The notes below the pieces were generated by a model. It made no database searches. It saw nothing but the letters and a program-made list of their open reading frames with translations, and was not told the DNA's origin. Below, piece by piece: positions 47,881 through 57,058 of a stretch of DNA of 64,000 nt (position 1 is its first letter; the number at the start of each line of letters is the position of its first letter). The stretch is from Candidatus Limnocylindria bacterium (GTDB lineage Bacteria > Chloroflexota > Limnocylindria > QHBO01), in assembly GCA_035697845.1 (NCBI GenBank), contig DASSCI010000039.1, positions 4,590-68,589 of the forward strand, read 5' to 3'. A program made the position numbers and the translations under genes.

Positions 47881-50434
47881 GCGCGCGGTGCAGGAAGGCC
47901 GCCATCTGCTCACGGCTCACGGCACTGCCCGGGCAGTAGGTGGACGGACCACATCCGCGCGTGATCCCGCTCGCGGCGAGCGCGTTGATGTCGGCCTGGT
48001 GCGGCGAGGCCGAGTCATCGGTGAAGAAGTCGGTCCCGGACGCCGGGAGCCTGAGAGCCCGCACCAGGAACGAGGCCATCTCCTCGCGCGTGACCGCCCG
48101 GTCCGGGCAGTAGACGCGCCACCCGCAGCCGAGCGTGATGCCTGCCGCCGCCAGGGCGTTGATGTCGGCCTGGTGCAGGCCCGCGTCGTCGTCGAAGTAG
48201 TCGGTGCCCGCACCCGGCAGGCCGAGCGCGCGGACGAGGAACGAGGCCATCTGCGCACGAGTCACGGCGTCCGTGGGGCAGAACATCCCGCTTCCGCAGC
48301 CGATGGTGATGGCGCGCTGCGCGATCCACAGGATGTCGTCATAGAACGGCGATCCGGCGGCATCCGAGAAGGGGCTCGTCATGGCCCACGCCAGCCCGAA
48401 CGGCTCCTCGGCAGCGTTGAAGCGCGGCTGAAGGATCTCGATCCGCATCACTCCCGTGGCTGCCGCCGAGATGTCGACCACCTCGTACGGGTTGTCGTAG
48501 CTGATCGAGAGGCCCGGTGCGCCGCTCGGCATGGTCACGCGCAGGTCGAGATCGGCGGTGAGCACGTCCGCCTTCCCCAGGTTCGTGCCCGAGGTATGGC
48601 TGCTCCAGGCGAGGGCGACCCGAACCTGCTGGCCGGCCACGACCGGGACCTCCTGCACGATCGACTCGCCGGGATGCGCGGCGCCGATGCGGTAGCCGCC
48701 CCATGGACCGTTGCCGTTGACCAGGATCCGGTTCGACCACACCGCCGACGCCGTTCCGACGCCCTCGTGATCGTTGTTCGCGCCGCCGCCGGGCAGCGGC
48801 GTGCGGCGAAGTGCTCCGGCCATGAGGATGGCGCGCGTCCCTTCCGGCCACACCGCCAGCGACGGTGCACGAGCCAGCAGCTGCGCCGCCAGGCCGGCGA
48901 CGATCGGGCTGGCCACGCTGGTGCCATCGCCCGAGATGCCGTTGGCGGTTCGCACGCTCACCGCGGGAGCGGAGAGGTTCGGCTTGTTGTAGTCGCCGTG
49001 AGGGTTCCATGCCGTACCGCCCAGGTCGACGTAGTTCGCGCCGTTGACGCCGGGCCGATACCACAGGATGTCGTCGGCGGTGCCGGCGGAGTTGCGGTCG
49101 TCGATGCCGCCGACGGTCAGCACGTTGTATCCGGTGCCCGGCGAGACGACGTTCCAGTTCCCGAAGGTGGTGAAGTTTCCGGACGAGGCGACGACGAGGC
49201 GGTTGCCCTCCCAGCCGATCGAGTCGAAGTAGCGACGCGCCTCCTCCGCGCCCTGCGCGGTGTCCTGGCCGATGCTGGCGTTGAGGATGTCGGCGTTCCC
49301 GCCGCCCGGTGCAACGGCCCAGTCCGCGGCGGCGATGATGGCCCGGTCGTAGGCCAGGCTCGGCGTGTAGCCACCGGTCCCGGCCGAGACGATGACCGCG
49401 CCGGGAGCGACGCCGCCGTACGTCCCGTTCTGGCTGGCGATCGCACCCGCGACCCAGGTGGGATGCCCGCCGACGACGGTCGTTCCGCTGGTCGAATAGC
49501 TGGCGGCGACCTTGCCCGCCAGGTCGCCCGAGTTCGAGACGTTGTGGTACTCCACGATGCCGACGCGGACGCCGCTGCCCTGGTCGCCGCCGTCGCCCGT
49601 CCAATCGGCGCCGATCGCCGGGCCGGCGGAGGACATCTGCGCCTCCCATTGCTCCTCGAGGCCCAGGCTCAGGACGTCGGCGCGCGCGGCGAGCCCCGCC
49701 ACCGCCGGGGCGGGCACGTCCAGGAACACGAGCGGGGCGGAGGTGCTGGCGTAGCCGATGCCGCCGCCGGCGGCCTCCACCGCCGGACGGAACGCGTTGG
49801 CGGCCGCCTCGTAGGTCGCCCGCCGCGCCTCCCACAGCTCGGCGCGCAGGGCGCGGACCTGCTCGATCGATTCGGCCATTGGCCGGCCGGCGACCCAGGT
49901 GATCTCCGGATGTGCGTCGCGCACCGCGGCCTCCGCCGCGGCCGGATCGGCATCCAGCCAGACGGCCACGCGCAGCGAGTCGGGCTTGCCGCCGGCGACG
50001 GCTGCCTGGAGTGCGGCATCCGCCTTCCGCTCCAGCGCGGGGAGATCCTTGGCGGCTGCCGCCGAGCGCTCCTCGCGCAGGCCCGCTCCGGCCGTGACGC
50101 CGGCCGCAGGATCGCTGTCGACGGCGACGATCTCACCGGTCGTCCGATCCAGGAACTTCCCGGCCCAGAGCGTCGCATCGGAGTGCTCGACCGCGGCGTC
50201 GCGTTCGTAGAGCAGCTCGAAGTCGTTCGGCGATCCGCCGCGCGTCTCGGCCAGATGGCGTGCCGCAGCCGCAGCTGGCGGCTCCGCGGCACGCGCCGTC
50301 CCGCCGGGCACCAATACCGTCCCACCCACGACCAGCGAAATCACGAGCGCCCCCCCACGGGCGAGCGCGCGCGGTCTGCGACTGCGCACTTTCAGCCTCT
50401 CTCGTTCGTAAGACGCCGTATGACAGTCTTGCAT
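47870..50434 (-). CDS. Secreted S8 subtilisin-like peptidase with three C-terminal Cys-containing SLH-like repeats
   Basis: Signal peptide after MQDCHTASYERERLKVRSRRPRALARGGALVISLVVGG. S8 Ser motif GTSVASPIVAG. Three ~60-aa C-terminal repeats follow the pattern F.DD....H..DI..LA..GIT.GCG...YCP...VTR.QMA.FL.RAL.LP. Confidence 0.75.
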   Translation of the reverse strand: MQDCHTASYERERLKVRSRRPRALARGGALVISLVVGGTVLVPGGTARAAEPPAAAAARHLAETRGGSPNDFELLYERDAAVEHSDATLWAGKFLDRTTGEIVAVDSDPAAGVTAGAGLREERSAAAAKDLPALERKADAALQAAVAGGKPDSLRVAVWLDADPAAAEAAVRDAHPEITWVAGRPMAESIEQVRALRAELWEARRATYEAAANAFRPAVEAAGGGIGYASTSAPLVFLDVPAPAVAGLAARADVLSLGLEEQWEAQMSSAGPAIGADWTGDGGDQGSGVRVGIVEYHNVSNSGDLAGKVAASYSTSGTTVVGGHPTWVAGAIASQNGTYGGVAPGAVIVSAGTGGYTPSLAYDRAIIAAADWAVAPGGGNADILNASIGQDTAQGAEEARRYFDSIGWEGNRLVVASSGNFTTFGNWNVVSPGTGYNVLTVGGIDDRNSAGTADDILWYRPGVNGANYVDLGGTAWNPHGDYNKPNLSAPAVSVRTANGISGDGTSVASPIVAGLAAQLLARAPSLAVWPEGTRAILMAGALRRTPLPGGGANNDHEGVGTASAVWSNRILVNGNGPWGGYRIGAAHPGESIVQEVPVVAGQQVRVALAWSSHTSGTNLGKADVLTADLDLRVTMPSGAPGLSISYDNPYEVVDISAAATGVMRIEILQPRFNAAEEPFGLAWAMTSPFSDAAGSPFYDDILWIAQRAITIGCGSGMFCPTDAVTRAQMASFLVRALGLPGAGTDYFDDDAGLHQADINALAAAGITLGCGWRVYCPDRAVTREEMASFLVRALRLPASGTDFFTDDSASPHQADINALAASGITRGCGPSTYCPGSAVSREQMAAFLHRALTR

Positions 50435-50501
50435 AGCGGCGATCCTCACTATCGGCTCAGCACGCGTCGGCGGCAATGGGCAATCGGTGTAGCCTTCGTC
50501 C

Positions 50502-51638
50502 ATGACGACTCCGGCGTTTGACGTAGGTGGCTCCGTTGCAACGCGCCACCGCGAGCGGCTGCAGCGCGCCGCCGCGCAGGCGCGCGAGACCGGCGTGGAC
50601 GTGATGCTCGTCACGCCGTCGAAGGACTACGCCTATCTGCTGGGCTACGCGGCGCCGGCCATGGAGCGCCTGACCTGCCTGGTCGTCCCCGCGGATGGCA
50701 ACGCGACGCTGGTCCTGCCGCGACTGGAGGAGCCGCTCGCCCGCCACGAGCTCGGCGACCTCGCCGATGAGCTCGAGATCGTGCCGTGGGCGGAAACCGA
50801 GGACCCCATCCGCACCGTCCAGACCCTGGTTGGATCGGCCGGCCGGGTGGCCGTGCAGGACCAGATGTGGGCGCGCTTCGCCCTGGCCCTGCAGGCCGCG
50901 CTCGACCCGGCCCAACTGGTGGCGGCTGGACCGATCCTCAGCTCGCTTCGGCGGGTCAAGGACGTCGATGAGGTCGATCGCCTTCGCGCGGCGGCCGCCG
51001 CGGCGGACCAGGCGATGCTGGCCATCACCGGCGAGCGCCTCTCCGGGCGCACCGAGCGCGACGTGAGCACACGGGTCCGTGAGCTGCTGCTCGAGGCCGG
51101 CCACGACGAGGCGGGCTTCGCCATCGTCGCATCCGGGCCGAACGCGGCGAGCCCGCATCATGCGGCCGGCGATCGGGAGATCGAGGCCGGTGATGCGATC
51201 GTGCTCGACATCGGCGGCTTCCGCGCCGGCTACGGCAGCGACACGTCACGCACGGCGTTCGTCGGCGAGCCACCGCCCGACTTCGCCGCGCTCTACGAGG
51301 TGCTGCGCCACGCCCAATCGGCCGCGTGCGACGCCGTCCGCCCGGGCGTCCCGGCGGCGCAGATCGACCGCGTGGCGCGCGACATCATCACCGATGCCGG
51401 CTACGGCGACGCATTCCTGCACCGGACCGGCCACGGCATCGGCATGGAAACCCACGAGGAGCCGTACATCGTCTCGTCCAACGCCGAACCGCTGGTTGCC
51501 GGCAACGCCTTCAGCGTCGAGCCTGGCATCTATATCCGTGACACGTGGGGCGCGCGCATCGAGGACATCGTGGTCTGCACCGAGTCCGGTGGCGAGCGCC
51601 TCAACACCACCTCGACGCAGCTCTACCTCGTCTCCTGA
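50502..51638 (+). CDS. M24 family Xaa-Pro aminopeptidase/dipeptidase
   Basis: Pita-bread fold metal ligands (DIGGFRAGYGSD...HRTGHGIGMETHEEP...SVEPG). Confidence 0.8.
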   Translation: MTTPAFDVGGSVATRHRERLQRAAAQARETGVDVMLVTPSKDYAYLLGYAAPAMERLTCLVVPADGNATLVLPRLEEPLARHELGDLADELEIVPWAETEDPIRTVQTLVGSAGRVAVQDQMWARFALALQAALDPAQLVAAGPILSSLRRVKDVDEVDRLRAAAAAADQAMLAITGERLSGRTERDVSTRVRELLLEAGHDEAGFAIVASGPNAASPHHAAGDREIEAGDAIVLDIGGFRAGYGSDTSRTAFVGEPPPDFAALYEVLRHAQSAACDAVRPGVPAAQIDRVARDIITDAGYGDAFLHRTGHGIGMETHEEPYIVSSNAEPLVAGNAFSVEPGIYIRDTWGARIEDIVVCTESGGERLNTTSTQLYLVS

Positions 51639-51642
51639 CTGG

Positions 51643-52299
51643 CTAGTCTCGGCCCCGGTGTGAGCTGACCAGGGCGGTCAGCACCTGGTCGATCGCCGCG
51701 TTGGCCTCATGGAAGGCGGCTGTGACCTCGGCCACGTCCGCGGAGCGCCGTCGCAGATGGCCCACGATCGCGTCCAGGACCGGCGAGCGGAAGAACAGGA
51801 ATGCCTCGACCGTCTCGGCCAGCGACAGCCCGGCGCGCGAGGCCTCGCCTCCGTACAGCGCGCCCATCTTCTCGGCCTCCTCCAGCAGGAGCTGGCGCTC
51901 GGCCTTCTTCGAGGCGGCGACGTACTCGATCACCAGCTGGAAGGTGCGCTGTCCCCATCGGCGGAACTCGTCGCGCTGCTCCGCCGACAGTCGCGCCTGC
52001 CACGGCTGGCTGGCGTAGCCCGTCCGCTGCATTCGCCGATGCAGCTCGCCGGCCATCGTCTGTCGCGAGTCGGGCAGGCGGTCCATGCCGTATCGCTGCC
52101 GGCGCGGCGCGTTGATCATCGCCTCGAGGCTGGAGCGCAGGAAGCGCCGATGGCCGCCGGGCGTGTGATAGCTCTGGACCTTGCCGGTGTCAGCCCACCG
52201 CCTGAGCGTGTCCGGACCGACGCCCACCAGGCGCGAGGCAGCGCCGAGCGGCAGCCAGGGATCGTCGGGATCGGCGGCTGGTGCGGGGCGTTCGGGCAC
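51643..52299 (-). CDS. MerR/excisionase-type HTH (HTH_17) DNA-binding protein with uncharacterised C-terminal domain
   Basis: LGAASRLVGVGPDTLRRWADTGKV matches the MerR-like HTH. The start (GTG 52299) is inferred from the position of the upstream M20 stop. Confidence 0.5.
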   Translation of the reverse strand: MPERPAPAADPDDPWLPLGAASRLVGVGPDTLRRWADTGKVQSYHTPGGHRRFLRSSLEAMINAPRRQRYGMDRLPDSRQTMAGELHRRMQRTGYASQPWQARLSAEQRDEFRRWGQRTFQLVIEYVAASKKAERQLLLEEAEKMGALYGGEASRAGLSLAETVEAFLFFRSPVLDAIVGHLRRRSADVAEVTAAFHEANAAIDQVLTALVSSHRGRD

Positions 52300-52316
52300 G
52301 AAGACTCCGGTGGCCG

Positions 52317-53744
52317 TCAGCCGCGCAGCTCGTCCGCGCCCATCGCCCCGAGCTCGGCCCAGAGATGGACGAGCGAGGCCATGCCGTCGCGGATGTTGCG
52401 CAGGCTCATCCACTCGTTGGGGGCGTGGAAGTTGCCGGTGGGATTGGCGAAGCCGACCATCAGGGTCTTGATGCCGAGGTGGGCATCGAGCGCCGCGACG
52501 ACCGGGACCGATCCACCCGACCGCTGGAACAGGGGCGCGGTCCCGAAACCAGCCTCGAGCGCCCGGGCCGCAGCGGCGACGCCGGGATGGTCGAGCGGCG
52601 TCAATGCCGGCGCCCCGCCGTGGATGACCTTGACCTCGACGCGAACGGTCGGTGGGGCGATGGCCCTCAGGTGATCGACCACCTGCCGTTCGATCTTGCG
52701 GTGATCCTGGTCGGGAACGAGGCGGGTCGAGATCTTGGCCGCGGCCCAGGCGGGGATGATCGTCTTCGAGCCCTCGCCGGAATAGCCGCCCCAGAGCCCG
52801 TTGACGTCGAACGTGGGTCGAGCGGAGAGGCGTTCGCGGAGCGTGTAGCCCGCCTCGCCCTGCATCGGCTGCGCGACGCCGGTCTCGTCGGCCCAGGCGC
52901 GCTCGTCGAAGGGGAGGGAGGCGTAGGCGGCGCGCTCGTCGTCGGTGAGCTCGCGGACGTCGTCGTAGAAGCCGGGAACGGTGAAGCGGCCGTCGGCATC
53001 GGTGAGCGAGGCGAGCATGCGGACCAGGACGTTGGCCGGGTTGTCGACGCCTCCGCCGTACTGACCGGAGTGCACGTCCTGGCGCGGGCCATGGACCTTC
53101 ACCTCCCAGTACGCGATGCCACGCAGGCCGTGGCCGATGGCTGGGGTGCCCTCGTCGTCGAAAGTGTCGCCGTCGCTGACGACGCAGACATCGGCCTGGA
53201 GCAGCTCGGCGTGATCGGAGATGAACTGCTCGATCGGCTCGGAGCCGACCTCCTCGTCGCCCTCGAAGAAGAAGCGCAGGTTGACGGGCAGGCTGCCGGC
53301 GGTCTCCATCCAGGCCTCGACCGCCTTGAGATGCATGAACAGCTGGCCCTTGTCGTCCCCGGCTCCGCGCGCGTAGACGCGGTCGTTCTCGTGGCGTGGC
53401 TCGAACGGGGGACGGATCCACTCCTCGAGCGGATCGGCCGGCTGGACGTCGTAGTGGCAATAGACGAGCACGGTCGGGGCACCGTCGCCGGCCTTCAACC
53501 ACTCGCCGGTGACGATGGGGTGGTGCGAGGTCTCGTGCAACGTGGCGCGCTCGATGCCGAGTCGGCTGAGCTCGTCGACGATCCACTCCGCCGTGCGGCG
53601 CACGTCCGCGACACGCTCCGGATCCGCGCTGACGCTCGGGATCGACAGGAAGGCGTCGAGCTGGGCAAGATGCTGGTCCTGGTGCTCGCGCAGGTAGTCG
53701 AGGGCCGCATCGGTCATGCGGACGGTATCGGTCTGGCTCGTCAT
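52317..53744 (-). CDS. M20 family dipeptidase
   Basis: M20 motifs (YCHYDVQPAD, ARGAGDDKG, FFFEGDEEVGS). Confidence 0.8.
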   Translation of the reverse strand: MTSQTDTVRMTDAALDYLREHQDQHLAQLDAFLSIPSVSADPERVADVRRTAEWIVDELSRLGIERATLHETSHHPIVTGEWLKAGDGAPTVLVYCHYDVQPADPLEEWIRPPFEPRHENDRVYARGAGDDKGQLFMHLKAVEAWMETAGSLPVNLRFFFEGDEEVGSEPIEQFISDHAELLQADVCVVSDGDTFDDEGTPAIGHGLRGIAYWEVKVHGPRQDVHSGQYGGGVDNPANVLVRMLASLTDADGRFTVPGFYDDVRELTDDERAAYASLPFDERAWADETGVAQPMQGEAGYTLRERLSARPTFDVNGLWGGYSGEGSKTIIPAWAAAKISTRLVPDQDHRKIERQVVDHLRAIAPPTVRVEVKVIHGGAPALTPLDHPGVAAAARALEAGFGTAPLFQRSGGSVPVVAALDAHLGIKTLMVGFANPTGNFHAPNEWMSLRNIRDGMASLVHLWAELGAMGADELRG

Positions 53745-53808
53745 ACGTCGATGATAGGCTGGTTGGGCCGATGCAACCGATGGCCACGCTCGAGCGTCTC
53801 CGGCGCCA

Positions 53809-54390
53809 ATGAGGCTCCTGCTGGCGCTGGCCGCCGCCTTCGCTCTCGCCGCGCTGCCCATCGACCAGGTCGCCGCCTGCTCGTGCGCACAGACGACCGT
53901 CGAGGAGGCGGCCGCGAATGCGCAGGCGGTGTTCGCCGGAACGGTCGTCGACCAGCGCCCGGTCGGCCGCGAGGATGGTCCGCTCCGCGCGGTCGCGGCC
54001 ACGGCGCCGATGCCCGGGCCGCTCGGCCAGGTGATCTACACCTTCAAGGTCGACGGCGTTGCCAAGGGCGAGGTCGGCGCGCAGGTCGAGCTGCTCGGCG
54101 GCGGCGATGGCGCGTCGTGCGGCATGAGCTTCGGCATCGGCGAGCGGTGGCTGGTGTTCGCCTCCTGGGATGGCGCGGTGCACACCACGAGCCTGTGCGC
54201 CGGCAACCTCATGCTCGCGCCGGACGAGGCGCCGCCGTTGCCGATGTCAGCACCAGGCGCCGAGGGTGCCGTGCCCGATGCGCCGATGCAGATCCCATGG
54301 ACCGCGCTCGGCGTGCTTGGCGCGGTCGCGCTCATCCTCGGCGCGTCCTGGTTCGCGTTCCGCTCGGAGCCGCCGCGCCGGATCAGCTGA
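53809..54390 (+). CDS. Membrane-anchored TIMP/NTR-like protein (N-terminal Cys-x-Cys exposed after signal cleavage)
   Basis: Signal peptide MRLLLALAAAFALAALPIDQVAA|CSC. Several patterns parallel TIMP N-domains: AVFAGTVVD; YTFKV...KGE; CGMSFGIGERWLVFAS...HTTSLC. C-terminal TM anchor. Confidence 0.45.
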   Translation: MRLLLALAAAFALAALPIDQVAACSCAQTTVEEAAANAQAVFAGTVVDQRPVGREDGPLRAVAATAPMPGPLGQVIYTFKVDGVAKGEVGAQVELLGGGDGASCGMSFGIGERWLVFASWDGAVHTTSLCAGNLMLAPDEAPPLPMSAPGAEGAVPDAPMQIPWTALGVLGAVALILGASWFAFRSEPPRRIS

Positions 54391-54655
54391 AGGCGCCGAA
54401 CACGAAGCCAAGGAAGAGCGCGACCGCCAGCAGCGGCACGATGCTCGCCGCCCGCAGGAATGGCGGCCATCCGGCGCCTCCCGCGAACGCGTAGACCGGA
54501 ATGGCAAGCGGGAAGACGAACGCCGCCGCCGACCAGGCGATGCGGCCGCGGACGCTGAGGTCGGCTCGGTCCTGCACGTCCAGCCAGTAGGCCGCGATCA
54601 TGAGGAAGCCGCCCACGGCAAGCACGGCGAAGATCGCCCAGATGACCGGAAGCAT
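54383..54655 (-). CDS. Small 3-TM membrane protein (PLD-nuclease N-terminal-like)
   Basis: Hydrophobic 90-aa ORF. Weak resemblance to the PLDc_N family. Confidence 0.35.
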   Translation of the reverse strand: MLPVIWAIFAVLAVGGFLMIAAYWLDVQDRADLSVRGRIAWSAAAFVFPLAIPVYAFAGGAGWPPFLRAASIVPLLAVALFLGFVFGAFS

Positions 54656-54684
54656 GTCCAGATGCTACCCGCGGCGACGCCTCG

Positions 54685-55431
54685 TCAGCGCACGTCCCGC
54701 CGGCGCGCGACGTCATCGGCGCCGTTGAGCAGGTCGCTCACGAACGCCAATGGTCGCCAGCGCGGAAGGGTGGGCTGCTGGCGCGGAAGCAGCTCGAGGA
54801 TCCCCTCGCGCACCGCGCGCTCGAGCGCAGCTCTCGCCTCGCGGCCGCGGGTCGCACCCGCCTCGATCGGCGCACCGAACCGGATGTCGACGCGCTTGCG
54901 GAGCCAGAGGTCCGTGCTGCCGACGATCGCGCATGGAACGACTGGGACCGCGGATGCGGCGGCGAACGCGGTCGCACCCTCCTCGAACGGCAACAGGGAG
55001 GTCTCGTCGAAGCCGATGCGCCCCTCGGCGAAGATGCCGAGCACGCCATCGGCGTCGAAGACTCGCCGGACCGCCCGAACCGCCGACGTCATGGTGGTCC
55101 CGGCGGGGTCGTACGGGATCATGCCGCCGAAGAAGGCCATGATCCTGTTCTTGAAGCCGCGGCTGAAGTCGGCCTCGCGCGGCCCGAACCAGGTGATGCG
55201 CGGCTCCATCGGCGTGACCGCGATCACGAGCAGAGGGTCCCAGCCGTTGTGGTGGTTGGCGACGAGCTGAAACGGTCCCGCGGGCCAGTTCTCGAGCCCG
55301 CTGACGCGGACGTCGAACAGTGGCCGGACCAGCGCGCGAACGAGCCAGCGCATGAGCCGGTAGCGCGGCGTCACGGACACGCTCAGCTCGCGCGGTCCCG
55401 TGCGGCGGACGCGATCGGTGACGGCGTTCAC
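54685..55431 (-). CDS. 1-acyl-sn-glycerol-3-phosphate acyltransferase family protein (PlsC-like)
   Basis: HxxxxD motif NHHNGWD and an FAEGRI motif. Confidence 0.75.
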   Translation of the reverse strand: MNAVTDRVRRTGPRELSVSVTPRYRLMRWLVRALVRPLFDVRVSGLENWPAGPFQLVANHHNGWDPLLVIAVTPMEPRITWFGPREADFSRGFKNRIMAFFGGMIPYDPAGTTMTSAVRAVRRVFDADGVLGIFAEGRIGFDETSLLPFEEGATAFAAASAVPVVPCAIVGSTDLWLRKRVDIRFGAPIEAGATRGREARAALERAVREGILELLPRQQPTLPRWRPLAFVSDLLNGADDVARRRDVR

Positions 55432-56825
55432 GCCGCCACTGCCCGTTGTTCGTCCGCGCGCGACGGGCTTCCCGCACGGACCGGCTCACGAACGCGGCGC
55501 AGCGCCAGCGCCCCGAGCCCGAGCTCGAGGGCCATGACGACGAACAGCGCGCGGAAGCCCAGCTCGGCGGCCACCGTCCGATCGGCGATGAAGAGGGCCA
55601 CCGCGAAGGTGATCAGTCCGCCGATGGTCGAGCCGATCGGCCCTGCGCTGGCGACGGCGATGTTGCTGATGCCCATGTATCGGCCCGATGCCGCCTTGGG
55701 AATGATGTCCGTCATCAACGCCCAGTCGACGCCGAGGAAGACGCCGGTGCAGAGCCCGATGGGCACCGCCGCCGCGAGCACCATCCAATAGGCGGGCGCG
55801 AACGCCAGCATCAGTCCGCCCACGGCGCCGAAGCCGATGGCGACATACAGGACCGGCTTGCGGCCGATTCGGTTCGAGATCCGCCCGCCCGGCACGGAGC
55901 TGATGAGCGCCGCGGCAAGCATCAGGACGAGCACCGGGAAGCTGGCGCCCTGCGCCTCGTCCGGCCCCATGCGATGAGCGTTCTCCAGGTAGAAGACCGC
56001 GAACGCCTGGAGCGTCACGAGGCCGGTCAGCACGAGCAGGCGGCTGACCATGACCCACACGAAGTCCTTCTCTTCGAGGATGTCCGTGCCCCATGCCGAC
56101 TTTGCGCGCTCGAGGAGGCCCAGCTCATTGGGCGGTGCCGGTCGGTCGGGGACCCAGATGACGGTGATGAGCATGGTCACCACCTCGATGAGACCGATGG
56201 TCACGAACAGCCCGAGCGTGATTTCCGGGAAGCCGAGGACGCCCGGCAGGACGGTGATGAACAGGATCGCCAGGCCCGGCCCGAGCAGGTTGCCGGCGAT
56301 GTTGGCGCCGCCCAGGAGGCCGGATGCGAGCCCGACCTGGTGCGAGGGCACGAGGTCCGGGACGTAGCCCTGGTAGGGGCCCTGCGCGAAGTTGCTGCTG
56401 AACTGGAGGCACGCGACCGCGATGAGGAACGGCCAGTACAGCTCGTTCCAGAAGGCCCACGCAAGGAACGCCAGGAACACGAGGTCCATCAGCGTGCCGG
56501 CCACGATGAACGGCTTGCGCCGCCCGAGCCGATGCTGGGTTCGGTCGCTGATGGCTCCCATGGTCGGCTGCACGACGATGGCGATGAGCACCCCGGCCGT
56601 GGTGATGGCGCCGACGGCGAGTCCAGCCAGCGGGTGGTTCGAGTTCCCGAGCACCGACTCCACCAGGCGCGGGATGACGCTGAAGGTGAGCGCTCCCATC
56701 AGGGTCGTGATGGCCAGCCAGTAGGCGGTGACCGCCAGGAGCCGCCCGGTCGACAGCTCGGCCTTCGGCCGGCCGAACTCGTCGCGGTCGTCCGCAGCCG
56801 TCGCAGGTGCCGCCGATTCGAGCAT
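55428..56825 (-). CDS. MFS transporter
   Basis: 12-TM topology with MFS loop motif GRRKPF. Start set at MLESAAP (the track ORF starts upstream, inside the repeat element). Confidence 0.7.
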   Translation of the reverse strand: MLESAAPATAADDRDEFGRPKAELSTGRLLAVTAYWLAITTLMGALTFSVIPRLVESVLGNSNHPLAGLAVGAITTAGVLIAIVVQPTMGAISDRTQHRLGRRKPFIVAGTLMDLVFLAFLAWAFWNELYWPFLIAVACLQFSSNFAQGPYQGYVPDLVPSHQVGLASGLLGGANIAGNLLGPGLAILFITVLPGVLGFPEITLGLFVTIGLIEVVTMLITVIWVPDRPAPPNELGLLERAKSAWGTDILEEKDFVWVMVSRLLVLTGLVTLQAFAVFYLENAHRMGPDEAQGASFPVLVLMLAAALISSVPGGRISNRIGRKPVLYVAIGFGAVGGLMLAFAPAYWMVLAAAVPIGLCTGVFLGVDWALMTDIIPKAASGRYMGISNIAVASAGPIGSTIGGLITFAVALFIADRTVAAELGFRALFVVMALELGLGALALRRVREPVRAGSPSRADEQRAVAA

Positions 56826-56958
56826 GCCGTGGCCTCGTCGTGGTGTGGTGCGCAGCCTACGGCCGCGCGTTGGCGAGCACCATGGGTCACCGGCACTGCG
56901 GCCCGAATGCGGGCGGCTTGCTCCAGCCTTCTGGCGCCTCGAGGGCAGCGCCGTGCCG

Positions 56959-57029
56959 CGAGTGTTCAAGACTCTTGAACACTGTGATACCACCGGCCGC
57001 TTACCGGCCGCTTACCGGCCGCTTACCGG
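56959..57029. repeat. Composite intergenic element copy 2 (reverse orientation): palindrome GTGTTCAAGACTCTTGAACAC + spacer + 3 x CGGCCGCTTAC
   Basis: Reverse complement matches the architecture at 18514-18586. ~30 bp (GAGTGTTCAAGACTCTTGAACACTGTGATA) is identical between the two copies. Confidence 0.7.
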
Positions 57030-57058
57030 TCCCTATCGGCCGCGTACCCTGAGCGCTC

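Noticed and set aside
47888-50521. 877-aa ORF antisense to the large S8 protease
   Set aside because: Lies entirely within the protease gene on the opposite strand; Arg/Gly/Asp-rich with no domain signatures.
51709-52674. 321-aa ORF on the plus strand and the upstream part of the 846-aa minus-strand ORF (52300-54183)
   Set aside because: The 846-aa frame is explained by two real genes on the minus strand (HTH protein and M20 dipeptidase, latter in a different frame). The remaining portions are Arg/Pro-rich artefacts.
56991-57029. Possible CRISPR array from the CGGCCGCTTAC tandem repeats
   Set aside because: Only three 11-bp units with no spacers and no cas genes. It is part of the two-copy composite element, not a CRISPR.
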